This document shows positions 26,305 through 35,992 of a DNA stretch of 41,508 nt, piece by piece; the first letter of the stretch is position 1; each line of letters opens with the position of its first letter. The notes beneath the pieces were generated by a model. It was given only the letters and a program-made list of their open reading frames with translations. It ran no database searches and was not told the origin of the DNA. Source of the DNA: a virus (taxonomy: Duplodnaviria; Caudoviricetes); IMG/VR virus record IMGVR_UViG_3300038829_000181, positions 1 through 41,508 of that record. One strand, 5' to 3'. The translations under genes and the position numbers were made by a program.

Positions 26305-26619
26305 ATGGAGATAAAAATGGATTTTACGATTAGCGATCTTATGAAACAGACGTTCCAAAAAACAGGATTGAATCACGAAACCTTTGCGAACGCTCTCAAT
26401 GAAAAATTGATCAACACTAACATCAACCGTGTATCTGTTACGAATTGGAGTAATTCCAAGTCGTTTCCGAACACGGATTTTTTATTGCTATGCGCGGTCA
26501 TCTACCATGATTATCGTTCCGAGTGGGCAAAAGCCGCCCTGCGTATCAAATTGCCAGAAGTCTTTGATAGCGGAATGGTCATCTTCCATCTTCCCAAACA
26601 ATCGACGATCACAGAATAG
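26305..26619 (+). CDS. Cro-like HTH regulator
   Basis: GLNHETFANAL...NRVSVTNW....FP pattern, first early gene. Confidence 0.75.
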   Translation: MEIKMDFTISDLMKQTFQKTGLNHETFANALNEKLINTNINRVSVTNWSNSKSFPNTDFLLLCAVIYHDYRSEWAKAALRIKLPEVFDSGMVIFHLPKQSTITE

Positions 26620-26635
26620 CACAGGGGATTCAGCG

Positions 26636-27127
26636 ATGGTGAATCTGGGCGATTTTCTCAACCAATATGCGGCGAAATTGCAGGTCTTATTGCCTGTGAT
26701 CGTAGCGCTGATCATCCTTCTGCCAGTGTTTGGTTACTTCTACAACCGCCTGATGGACAGACTCAAAGGAAAAGAGCATACGTCCATGTATGTGGCGGGC
26801 GGCGTGTTGGTCACGCTGGGGGCGGGGGCTTCGATTTCGTGGAAATCTGCTTTGTTATTTTTGGTCTTGTTTGGTTTGGATGGCATCTTCATGATGGTGG
26901 GCGAATATAAACGCACCGAGAAGCAAGCCAAGGTGAGAGTGAAGCGCCTGCCTTATAAAGCCAACGCCATGATCGATGCCGCGAAGATGTCAGCCACCAC
27001 GATGCACATGTTGATCGGAAAGATGCTCGAAGCCTATGATGAGAAATTACTGAACCGCGTCCAGCATGAACTTACGACGGTTTTGGTCACACTGGAAGAA
27101 TTGAAAAATGTTCAACGCGATCATTAA
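26636..27127 (+). CDS. Hypothetical membrane protein
   Basis: About three hydrophobic segments, start at MVNLG. Confidence 0.7.
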   Translation: MVNLGDFLNQYAAKLQVLLPVIVALIILLPVFGYFYNRLMDRLKGKEHTSMYVAGGVLVTLGAGASISWKSALLFLVLFGLDGIFMMVGEYKRTEKQAKVRVKRLPYKANAMIDAAKMSATTMHMLIGKMLEAYDEKLLNRVQHELTTVLVTLEELKNVQRDH

Positions 27128-27436
27128 ATGCAAACCGACTTCCAAGTGGAATTTGTCCCGCTCCCCGCAGAACGAGAAGGCGAGTGGCGGCAAGCCATCG
27201 AGTTGATCGCCGAGATCATGAAAGGATATTTTATGAACATGCAGATTGCAGAAACCAATCAATATCGCTTTGCGTGGATATTCCCTGGCGATGCTGAAAC
27301 ACACTATGGAACTTTTTTGTTCGATGATCCCGCCGATGCGCGGGGCACGCAAAACACGATGCAGATGATGTTTCGCAATGCGGTGATCTGGCTGGAAGAT
27401 CGGGAACATAACCGAGTGGAGATACCACGATATTAG
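27128..27436 (+). CDS. Hypothetical protein
   Basis: ATG directly follows the previous stop. Confidence 0.6.
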   Translation: MQTDFQVEFVPLPAEREGEWRQAIELIAEIMKGYFMNMQIAETNQYRFAWIFPGDAETHYGTFLFDDPADARGTQNTMQMMFRNAVIWLEDREHNRVEIPRY

Positions 27437-27473
27437 CCCGCTCTGGCTGTTCAAATGGCAAAAGGAAAAAATC

Positions 27474-27641
27474 ATGAAAAACTTTTTTTATCGCCAACCG
27501 CGCACGGCGGCAATGCTGGCAATCGTAGCATTTGTGCTTATTTGCCTGACTGTGTTTGTTATAGCTAACCCGCAAGTATTGGGCGGCTTGCACTTCGGCG
27601 GCGCGTGTGTTTGGCAAGACAGCGTCCGCTATTGTAGATAG
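27474..27641 (+). CDS. Small membrane protein (55 aa, not in ORF track)
   Basis: AAAGGA RBS, MKNFFYRQPRTAAMLAIVAFVLICLTVFVIA...YCR*. Confidence 0.55.
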   Translation: MKNFFYRQPRTAAMLAIVAFVLICLTVFVIANPQVLGGLHFGGACVWQDSVRYCR

Positions 27642-27664
27642 ACGGGCTAACAATATATCGAGTT

Positions 27665-27708
27665 GGACTGCCAGGCGTTAAACAACGGTTCGATTCCGTT
27701 GCAGTCCA
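27665..27708 (+). ncRNA. tRNA-like minihelix (acceptor stem plus T-arm only)
   Basis: GGACTGC/GCAGTCC 7-bp stem plus A, T-arm AACGG-TTCGATT-CCGTT, 12-nt linker in place of the D and anticodon arms. Confidence 0.6.
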
Positions 27709-27880
27709 TTAGGCGGCCTGGTAAACCGCCGAAAGAGAGCAAGTGCTTTCGTTCTCTCCTCCTTTGGTAATGGTGACATCCTGGTTAGCTTGGCTTGATC
27801 AGGATGTTACCAGAGCCGAGGAAGACCAGTAAACAGTAATCAGTGAGCAGTAATCAGTCAAACCAAAAGGAGAAAATACC

Positions 27881-28126
27881 ATGATTGCAAAAGGAACAAT
27901 TGTCGAAATTTTTGAAGACCCCTTTACCAGGACGCGCAAAGAGGGAAATGCGAAAGTGGTTGTGCATATACAAGAACTCCAGCCAGGGGTAGATCAATAC
28001 AAGGTTCATTTCATAGGGGACGATGATGGACTGGCGGTGACACGCACAATTGTAGAGCCGCCGAGGTGTTGCTGTTATGAGCGCCAGGACGACAACATCA
28101 ACTGCCCGATACATGGGAGGGTTTGA
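27881..28126 (+). CDS. Small hypothetical protein
   Basis: AAAAGGAG RBS, Cys/His-containing tail. Confidence 0.7.
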   Translation: MIAKGTIVEIFEDPFTRTRKEGNAKVVVHIQELQPGVDQYKVHFIGDDDGLAVTRTIVEPPRCCCYERQDDNINCPIHGRV

Positions 28127-28129
28127 ATC

Positions 28130-28306
28130 ATGTTTTCAATAGGCGATCCATTCACAGGCAAGCGCACCGATATGCGCTATGAGACGCAGGAACTCGCTGA
28201 CATTGCCGCAATCGAAGCCAGCATAGACGATCATATCTGGGCGGTGTGGGACGAGGACAATGGGGAATTGGTCTCGCTGGCGTTTCAAGAACGAATTTTT
28301 GATTAG
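28130..28306 (+). CDS. Small acidic protein (58 aa, not in ORF track)
   Basis: GGAGG RBS, MFSIGDPFTG...QERIFD*, fills the gap between neighbouring genes. Confidence 0.6.
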   Translation: MFSIGDPFTGKRTDMRYETQELADIAAIEASIDDHIWAVWDEDNGELVSLAFQERIFD

Positions 28307-28316
28307 GAGAGAAACC

Positions 28317-28844
28317 ATGAGCAAAAAACATTACGAATCCATCACTGTCTACGAAACCGTGAAAGGCAAACAAATTGCCAAAGTCCGTATGATTGGAATG
28401 CGGCAGGAAACGGCGAACTTTATCAAATGGATTCGCAACCAAAAGAATGAATTCTTCTATATTCGCCCTGACCAGATAAAGATATTTGATGCTTTTTTTG
28501 CCTTGGGGATAGGAGAAGGTAAAACCGAACTATCCCAATATTTGAATGAATATGATGCGATTACAAGCGGCAGGTCATATTCTTCCAAGTCAGATGGAAA
28601 ATCGGAACAATTCAAGGTTTTTCAATGCGCATACACTCTGCATAAATACTTTCTCAAAGGTAACATGCGCCCCATTGAGAATTTCATCTCCATGCTGGTA
28701 GATATTGCCAAAGAGAGCGATTACGAAAAGCCAGCGATGGAAGTGAAAGCCTTATTATCCAGCATCAAAACCGAACTTGATAAACAGATCGAAATATTCG
28801 ATCTTGCCGATGTACTCAATCGTGGCGCGGAAAAGGGCGAATGA
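28317..28844 (+). CDS. Hypothetical protein
   Basis: AGGAG RBS before MSKKHY. Confidence 0.7.
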   Translation: MSKKHYESITVYETVKGKQIAKVRMIGMRQETANFIKWIRNQKNEFFYIRPDQIKIFDAFFALGIGEGKTELSQYLNEYDAITSGRSYSSKSDGKSEQFKVFQCAYTLHKYFLKGNMRPIENFISMLVDIAKESDYEKPAMEVKALLSSIKTELDKQIEIFDLADVLNRGAEKGE

Positions 28845-28845
28845 T

Positions 28846-29769
28846 ATGCAAACCAATTACCAATTACCAACTACCCTCACCCTCCACTGGCTCGATCAAT
28901 TCAAATCTTACCTCGAAACCGATCATCGCAAAGTCACACATCGCCAGTTGAGCGATAAATCAATCAGGCTTGCAGTACAGCATGTCCGCGTGTTTGGTCT
29001 CTGGCATGAAGCGCAATTCAAAGAAACCTTCGAGCCTGGCACGCTCACCAACTATGCGTTGCACCTTTATCGAAAGGTATCGCTTGAGCAGGAAAAGGTC
29101 AAAGCTGCAACGTGGAACAGCCGTCATTGGGCGCTCGGCATCCTTTGTACATGGATTGCTCTTCCCGATCTCATGGATGGCATCGAGCAAAAACAAAAGG
29201 GACGCGCATCTACCAAGCACCGCAGTCTCACCGATGATGAATATCACTGCATCGTCCGCCAAATCGAAAAAGACACCCGCGATGAAGTTCTTGAATTCCA
29301 CTATCACACTCGCCTGCGCAATCGCGCCGCAGTTGCGTTCATGCTCCATGCTGGTTTGCGCGTTGAGGAAGTTTCCCTGCTTGCTGCTACTGATGTGGAG
29401 ATATGGGAGCGCAGTGGCGAAGTTTTAGTCCGCGACGGGAAAGGAGATAAAGAGAGATCAGTCAGATTGAACCTGGTCGCACGCAATTCAATCGCTCCCT
29501 ATCTCAATCTGACAGTTGATACTGCGTCCCTGTTAAGTCTCACCACCCGAACATTAGAGCGCATCGTCAAGGAGATTGGTCAACGCATCGGCATCCCTGA
29601 TCTAACTCCGCACTGGCTGCGCTACACAGCCGCCAAACGCCTCGAGCAAACAGGTTCTACGCTCGAAGAGATCCGCGATTTTCTTGGACACAACTCAATC
29701 GAGACCACCCGCCGCTATCTCCGCTCCTCAATGGAGCAAATGCAAGCGGCAGTTGATAGGGCGATGTGA
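28846..29769 (+). CDS. XerC/D-like tyrosine recombinase
   Basis: AGLRVEE, GKGDKER, PHWLRYT and LGHNSIETT.RY catalytic motifs. Lacks the IntI insertion. Confidence 0.9.
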   Translation: MQTNYQLPTTLTLHWLDQFKSYLETDHRKVTHRQLSDKSIRLAVQHVRVFGLWHEAQFKETFEPGTLTNYALHLYRKVSLEQEKVKAATWNSRHWALGILCTWIALPDLMDGIEQKQKGRASTKHRSLTDDEYHCIVRQIEKDTRDEVLEFHYHTRLRNRAAVAFMLHAGLRVEEVSLLAATDVEIWERSGEVLVRDGKGDKERSVRLNLVARNSIAPYLNLTVDTASLLSLTTRTLERIVKEIGQRIGIPDLTPHWLRYTAAKRLEQTGSTLEEIRDFLGHNSIETTRRYLRSSMEQMQAAVDRAM

Positions 29770-31385
29770 TGTCAAAAAAGAAATCGTATATCACTGTTAC
29801 AGATCAATTCTGTGGCGCTGGCGGAAGCTCGATTGGCGCAACGAAAGCAGGCGCTGAATTACGCCTGGCGATGAACCATTGGCAATTGGCTATCGATACC
29901 CACAATACCAACTTTCCACAAGCGGATCATGACTGCGCAGACATCTCAGCTTCCAATCCGCGTAAATATCCATCGACCGATATTCTAATCACCAGCCCCG
30001 AATGCACAAACCATTCATTAGCAAAAGGGAAACCACGGCGCTTTTATGAGAAGAACCTTTGGGGCGATGTGCTGATGGATCCCGCCGAAGAACGCAGCCG
30101 TGCAACGATGTGGGATGTCCCCCGCTTTGCTGAATATCATAATTACAGACTGATCTTTGTTGAGAATGTTGTGGATGCTGCCAAGTGGTGCATGTGGGAT
30201 GCCTGGCTTATGGCAATGCACGCGCTCGGATATGAACATGAGGTAATTTATTTCAACTCCATGTTTGCGCATCCCACTCCACAGAGCAGGGACAGGCTTT
30301 ACACGGTCTTCTGGAAGAAAGGCAATAAAAGGCCAGACCTTGAGTTCTGTCCGCGCGCGCATTGTGCCAAATGTGGAACGGATGTCAATGCCATTCAAAC
30401 ATGGAAGAAGCAAGGCAGGCATTGGGGCAAATACAAGGCGCAGTATTTCTATCGCTGTCCGAATTGCCATCGTGATGTCACGCCCTATTACTACGCCGCC
30501 TTCAACGCCATCGATTGGTCGATCCCATCCACGCGCATCGGCGACCGCAAAAAGCCTCTCAGACCCAAGACCATTGAACGCATCAAATATGGTCTCGATG
30601 CCTACGGACGCCAGATGATGATCGTCACTGGTCGCTATACCAGCGGGATCGAATGCCGTGTGAAGGATGCGACCAGAGAGCCGCTTCCCACCCAGCCAGG
30701 AGATGCCAGCCATGCCATAGCGTTACCCTGGCTGATAGATAGCGCTCACACATCTAGCGGAGGCAAGCGATCAAAGTCCGCTCATGATGCACTCCCTACA
30801 CAGACCTCAGCCCAAACGCTTGGCGTTATTCAAGGCTTCCTCACCAAGCATTACGGCGGCGGAGCCAAGCCCGAATATATGTCCTCTGGCATGGATTCAC
30901 CCACTGGCACCATGACTACTTCAGGCAATCAATCGCTTGTCATCATCCCCGCAGAATTCAAAAAGCAGTTTGGACTTGTTGATCCAGCGTTCATCGCAAA
31001 TATGCGCGGAGAACCAACAAGAGCAAGCGGCATCAACGATCCTCTGATGTGCGTTACTTCAACTGGCAGCCACCATGCGCTTGTCTCAGCTGGTGCATTC
31101 CTATCCTATTACTACGGCACTTCGCAGGCTTCGGGCATGGCAGACCCAATCCATACCATGACGGGTGTTGATCGTGCCGCCCTGGTCCAGGTATTGGATA
31201 GTCTGCGGGTCGAAGATATGTACTTTCGCATGTTGCAACACAACGAGATCGGCAGGGCAATGGCATTCCCTGAAACCTACGTGGTGCTCGGCACCATCCG
31301 CGAGAAGACCAAGCAATACGGCAACGCCGTCACACCGCCAGCAATGGAGATATTGATCGAGCGATGTAAGGCGAGCTTGCAGTAG
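29769..31385 (+). CDS. DNA (cytosine-5) methyltransferase, phage orphan type
   Basis: DQFCGAGG (motif I), SPEC (IV), ENV (VI), QSRDR (VIII), YGNAV (X), long variable region. Confidence 0.9.
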   Translation: MSKKKSYITVTDQFCGAGGSSIGATKAGAELRLAMNHWQLAIDTHNTNFPQADHDCADISASNPRKYPSTDILITSPECTNHSLAKGKPRRFYEKNLWGDVLMDPAEERSRATMWDVPRFAEYHNYRLIFVENVVDAAKWCMWDAWLMAMHALGYEHEVIYFNSMFAHPTPQSRDRLYTVFWKKGNKRPDLEFCPRAHCAKCGTDVNAIQTWKKQGRHWGKYKAQYFYRCPNCHRDVTPYYYAAFNAIDWSIPSTRIGDRKKPLRPKTIERIKYGLDAYGRQMMIVTGRYTSGIECRVKDATREPLPTQPGDASHAIALPWLIDSAHTSSGGKRSKSAHDALPTQTSAQTLGVIQGFLTKHYGGGAKPEYMSSGMDSPTGTMTTSGNQSLVIIPAEFKKQFGLVDPAFIANMRGEPTRASGINDPLMCVTSTGSHHALVSAGAFLSYYYGTSQASGMADPIHTMTGVDRAALVQVLDSLRVEDMYFRMLQHNEIGRAMAFPETYVVLGTIREKTKQYGNAVTPPAMEILIERCKASLQ

Positions 31386-31406
31386 TCAAACTAAAAGGAG
31401 AATGAA

Positions 31407-31853
31407 ATGGCAAACCAAATCCGCACATCTGAAGAAATTGAGAAATTGAAAGCATCATACAAACACGATCCCTGCTGGGATATTGAAGATAGCGAAGGCT
31501 TTGAAGATTATCACGATGAACTGCTAGCTTGGCGCAAAGAATACGAAGCCGAGTGTGAGGCGAAAAATCAAGAGCTAGATAACCAGCGCATCGAAAAGGT
31601 TATGAACGTAACTGGAATTGGGAAAGCAGATAAGGATTTGCTTTTATCTCTTTTCACATGGAAGGAAATTGAAAACAATATTCATGGTACTGAAAGAAAT
31701 ACAGATGACCCTCAGGTATCCATGATCGGTTCTCTTGTCCGCGCAACCCTTCTCCAAGCTGCCCAACTCAAACGCATCGCCGATGCTCTCGAAAGTATGG
31801 CAGATGGCGACAGCTTGAGCAACTCCGTCAAGTTATGGGGAAGCAAACCATAA
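31407..31853 (+). CDS. Hypothetical protein
   Basis: AAAAGGAG RBS. Confidence 0.7.
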   Translation: MANQIRTSEEIEKLKASYKHDPCWDIEDSEGFEDYHDELLAWRKEYEAECEAKNQELDNQRIEKVMNVTGIGKADKDLLLSLFTWKEIENNIHGTERNTDDPQVSMIGSLVRATLLQAAQLKRIADALESMADGDSLSNSVKLWGSKP

Positions 31854-32010
31854 CCCTCCGCAAGATTTCAACCGCCAATTATCGAGCCACTCTGCCCCTG
31901 CCCGCCCGCCGCGCATCCACTTTGAAGCAGTAGAAGAAAGAATCCCAATGTTCACTAAATACATGGGCGCAACGGTCTACAGGCAAGGTCACTACCAGAA
32001 AAGCGCAGCT

Positions 32011-32038
32011 GTGTCAGGTAATGGGCATTATGCGACAT
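32011..32038. other. dif-like 11-6-11 tyrosine recombinase site (candidate)
   Basis: GTGTCAGGTAA-TGGGCA-TTATGCGACAT, with inner TAA/TTA as in Xer sites. Confidence 0.5.
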
Positions 32039-32227
32039 AAACAGGCGGTTGGCAGGCATTACTGGCGGTTAGATTGGGCTGTAAGGCATAAATTATTTGT
32101 CGCATAAGGTGAGCGGGGAGGGGGGGTGGGGGTGTTCGGCGAATTGTTTTGTTTGTGCGGATAGGCTTGTGGCGGCACGGCTCGGATAGTTATAAAAATT
32201 CTGGAAAAACGCTGGAGAAAAGGTCTC

Positions 32228-35200
32228 GTGGATAATTTCAAAGATTTCATCGAAAACGTAAGAGATGCAAACCCAATTGAGGATGTGATCCAGAGCGCGG
32301 AGTTTGGAGGCGTGAAGTTGACGCGCGGGGCGCATTCGTTGAAAGGCGTTGATCATAACAGTTTGAATGTGAGCGTGGATTTTCAAAACTATACATGGTA
32401 TTCGATGGAAAATACCAAGTTCTGGCAGGGTGATGTTTATTCGTGGGTCCAGATGCAACGCGGATGTGATTTCATGGAGGCGTTGAGGATTTTAGCTGAT
32501 CGGGCGCGGTTGGATATGCCGAAGTTCAGCGATGAAGATAAAACGCATATTGCCGCAGTGCGAATTACACAGGATGCGTATGACATTGCGGCTGGGATAT
32601 TTGCGGACTGGCTGTGGAAGGATGCGCAGGCTCTGGCTTATGCGCGTTCGCGTGGTTGGACTGATGAGACGATCAAGGCGGCGCGATTGGGGTTTACGGG
32701 ACGGGGGACTCCAGCGGAATATGAACAGATGAAGAACGTACTTGCTACTGCTATTGATATTCATTCACCAGCGGCGGTTGCCTTGCTTGGGCTACACGGC
32801 GGGGTGAAGGCTTGGGGCGAAGCGCGAAATATCGAGTTGAAAAGCAATTGGATCGAGGATAATCGTATTCCTTCAATGCTGGGGTGGGGAAAAATCTTCG
32901 GGTTGATCTATCCATTCTATACGCGCGGAAGATGCGTTTATTTCACGCGTCGGCATTTGTCTTTGAACGATCAGGGCGAGATGGTGGGGCATGACAATCC
33001 AAAGAGTTACAACCTGCCGAAGGAATTGGTGGGTGAGCGACATCTATATCGAAATGCGGTGTGGTCGCGCGGGACAGAGCGGGGAATATTTGTGGAAGGT
33101 CCAGCCTGCGCGGTGACGTTTTTACAGTGGGAATTGCAAAGGCGGGCATTGGTAAAACAATATCGAGATGAAAAAAAGGATATTCCAATCTGGTTGGAGA
33201 CCATGCCAGATATGTCTGCGACTGCCATCAATGGCAAAGAATGGTATAGCCTGGCGGATGAGATCGCCAAAGATACAAATAGTGAAAATGCCCATGATGC
33301 AAGTTTCATCGGGCAGGATAACGATGCGGCGGGGAAAAAATCCATCAAGGGTGAGAAGGGTGCGGAGTTTGCGATCACGGAGAAGATCGGGGCATTGACG
33401 CGGCTTTTGGAATTTCCAGAAAAAGATGCGAATGATTGGTTGAAGTGGATGGTGAAGAGCGGGGTATCGGTTGGGGATCAATTGGAACTGGTGAATCAGC
33501 AATTGGGAAATGCAAAGCCAATTGCGATCCATGCGGCTCGGTGGATGGGAAGTTTGCGGAGCGAAGACCAAGTGAAAAAGGCTTCGGAACGAGTGGCGCG
33601 GATTTTGAATTCTCTATCTACTACTACTTTGCAATTTTATGCCAAGGACTTATTGAAGGCGCTGGCTCCGCTGGCGAGCGATGACGGGCAGAAACTTTAC
33701 GCGACCAAACGCGACCTTGACCAGTGGTTGGGAAAGGTAAAGAAGGAAGATAAGGGGAGCGGCAAGGATGATGACAACGTGGTTTGGAGTTTCGGCGGTA
33801 AGGTGGGGAAGTGGCTGCTACTGTATTGCTACAACGAAGAGACCAAGAAAGCGCATTGGGCATACCGTGACCCAGACGGTAAGGTGGATGAAGCGGATGA
33901 GGTTTTGATCGATGGGATGAAGCACCGCCCGAATACCCCACTACATAACAAGATGATCTCAAAGGGCGCGGTCTTGTTTCCGTCTGGTCTGGCGCGAAAT
34001 CCTGATGGAACTATTGAAAGAAAATCAACGAAGCAATTGGTAATTCTATTGTCCACAGAATATCGAAAAGATTATCTATTTTCCGATGCGAAGTGGGCAA
34101 TGCTTTCGGCATATTGGGTGATGGGAACTTGGGTATTCGATAATTTTCATGAATTGGTGTATTTGCGGATGGTGGGTGATGCGGGGGCGGGGAAATCGGC
34201 GCTGCTGAATTTGCTGATGTACACCTCGTATATGGCAATCAAAATGTCGGGCGCGGACAGCGACGCGACTTTTTTCCGCATTACGGATGAATATAACGGT
34301 TCGATGTTTTTTGAAGAGGCTGATTTCGATGAGAAGACGGGACCTGAGAACCCGAAGGTGAAATACATCAACCTGGGGGCGTTCGATGGAAATTTCATCT
34401 ATCGCCTGGAGGAAGTAATCAAGCCAGATGGGACGAAGGGCTGGGCTTCGGCACCTCATGCGACTTTCTGCCCAAAGGCTTTTGCTATGCGCGGGGATTT
34501 TATGGATAACGCAGTGGCGCAAAGGTCAATCACCATCGAGTTGACGGCGGCTGAAACTTCGGCGATGAAAGACAGCGGAATCCCATGGAGAATGACCGAG
34601 GATATGAAGCGGAGGCTTTTGCACCTGCGGAATTTATGCGCGACCTGGCGAATGTTCGAGTATTCGTTCGAGGAGCGGGAGTTGGGTTGGGATTTGATCG
34701 ATATTGAAATCCCGATGCGGCTGAACCAGGTTTCAGCGCCGTTGAAGTCTTTGGCGCGGAATATAGACGGGTCAATGGATACAGATTTTCTGAATCAGAT
34801 GCAAGTTTTGTTGCGGGAACATTATCAGGATTTGATTGGGGATGCGGCGATCTCGTTGCAGGCGCGCGTGGCTGAAGCAATGTGGAAGATATACACCTAT
34901 TCAGACCTACAGGAACGAATCGATATTGCAGATGACGGATCGCTGCTGATCAAGGTGGGGGAGATCACGGCGATTGCCAACAACATCATGAACGAGATGA
35001 ACGACGAAGGAAGCGACTTGCGCGAGGAAAAGCCGCAATTCAAGACGGTCAAGAAAGAGGACGGTACGGAAGAGCAGGTTGAGATTACGAAGTTCAAGAA
35101 GAATACGGAGGTGGGGGCGCAGAAAATTGGTCATATTTTGCGGAAGGATTTCCAGTTGGAGTTCCCGCCCAGGACTGGGAAGGGGTATCGGGTGACTTGG

Positions 35201-35419
35201 AACGAGGCGAAAATGCTGTCTCTTGGAAAAAAGTACGGGTGTTTGCCATCCGTTGAGGCGTTGGAGGATGCGCGGCAGAGGATGGAGGGGAGGCTGGCTG
35301 GCAAGAAAAAGGTCATCGAGGCTCCGAAAAATCCCGATCTGGTGCAGTCCACGTTCGAGGAAGCCGAGGAAAGCGAGTTTTACGTGGATAAAGACGGTGT
35401 GGCGTGGAGGAAGGAGTGA
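32228..35419 (+). CDS. Primase-helicase replication protein
   Basis: DnaG-like GDVYSWV...DFMEALRILA and Toprim VEG, QDND.AG, KDAND. C-terminal Walker A GDAGAGKS. Confidence 0.85.
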   Translation: MDNFKDFIENVRDANPIEDVIQSAEFGGVKLTRGAHSLKGVDHNSLNVSVDFQNYTWYSMENTKFWQGDVYSWVQMQRGCDFMEALRILADRARLDMPKFSDEDKTHIAAVRITQDAYDIAAGIFADWLWKDAQALAYARSRGWTDETIKAARLGFTGRGTPAEYEQMKNVLATAIDIHSPAAVALLGLHGGVKAWGEARNIELKSNWIEDNRIPSMLGWGKIFGLIYPFYTRGRCVYFTRRHLSLNDQGEMVGHDNPKSYNLPKELVGERHLYRNAVWSRGTERGIFVEGPACAVTFLQWELQRRALVKQYRDEKKDIPIWLETMPDMSATAINGKEWYSLADEIAKDTNSENAHDASFIGQDNDAAGKKSIKGEKGAEFAITEKIGALTRLLEFPEKDANDWLKWMVKSGVSVGDQLELVNQQLGNAKPIAIHAARWMGSLRSEDQVKKASERVARILNSLSTTTLQFYAKDLLKALAPLASDDGQKLYATKRDLDQWLGKVKKEDKGSGKDDDNVVWSFGGKVGKWLLLYCYNEETKKAHWAYRDPDGKVDEADEVLIDGMKHRPNTPLHNKMISKGAVLFPSGLARNPDGTIERKSTKQLVILLSTEYRKDYLFSDAKWAMLSAYWVMGTWVFDNFHELVYLRMVGDAGAGKSALLNLLMYTSYMAIKMSGADSDATFFRITDEYNGSMFFEEADFDEKTGPENPKVKYINLGAFDGNFIYRLEEVIKPDGTKGWASAPHATFCPKAFAMRGDFMDNAVAQRSITIELTAAETSAMKDSGIPWRMTEDMKRRLLHLRNLCATWRMFEYSFEERELGWDLIDIEIPMRLNQVSAPLKSLARNIDGSMDTDFLNQMQVLLREHYQDLIGDAAISLQARVAEAMWKIYTYSDLQERIDIADDGSLLIKVGEITAIANNIMNEMNDEGSDLREEKPQFKTVKKEDGTEEQVEITKFKKNTEVGAQKIGHILRKDFQLEFPPRTGKGYRVTWNEAKMLSLGKKYGCLPSVEALEDARQRMEGRLAGKKKVIEAPKNPDLVQSTFEEAEESEFYVDKDGVAWRKE

Positions 35420-35700
35420 ACAAGTGAACAGTTATAGCCCGCTGGCGACAAAACATAATTATTTTTGTCGCGGGACGGGAAAAGTGTTCACTTGTTCATT
35501 TTGGCAGGTTTTGAGCGGTTTTTGTTCGTTTTTTGGTTATTTCGAAGTAAAAGTACGGTTTAGTTAGTTAGTTAGTTAGTGAAGAAGTGAATATATATGA
35601 ATGAATATAAGGTAGTATGCGCGATTTTGCAATGCATCAAGTGAACAAGTGAACAGTTGATTTATGAGATGTTCACTTCAACTACTAAAGTGTTCATTGT
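35415..35700. other. Putative replication origin with iterons
   Basis: AGTGAACAAGTGAACAGTT at 35415-35433 and 35640-35658, inverted TGTTCACTTGTTCA at 35485-35498, (TAGT)5 at 35561-35580, AT-rich. Confidence 0.65.
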
Positions 35701-35719
35701 CAGACAAATGGAGCGAAAT

Positions 35720-35992
35720 ATGGATAGTCATTTTGTTGGTCAAGGTCGAAATTTGGACGGGACTTCTTCCGCTCGTGGTTCGTCGCTGGCGGTGCGGCAG
35801 TTCGTGGATTTGGCTTCTCATTGGGTGGCTGTACATTCACCTGTGGCTCCGTTCGCTGTGCTTTCGGTGACTGTGGATGAGATGTATTGCCTGGGCTGTT
35901 TTGATGTGCGGAATTTTGATGTGATTACTGGTAAGGCTGGTGAAAAAGCGGAATTTTGCCGTTGTTGTGGAAAGGAGCATAGGCATGAATAG
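35720..35992 (+). CDS. Small zinc-ribbon protein
   Basis: CLGC and CRCC motifs, GGAG RBS. Confidence 0.5.
   Translation: MDSHFVGQGRNLDGTSSARGSSLAVRQFVDLASHWVAVHSPVAPFAVLSVTVDEMYCLGCFDVRNFDVITGKAGEKAEFCRCCGKEHRHE

Noticed and set aside
27665-27708. Functional tRNA gene
   Set aside because: Lacks D and anticodon arms, so it is reported as a tRNA-like element instead.
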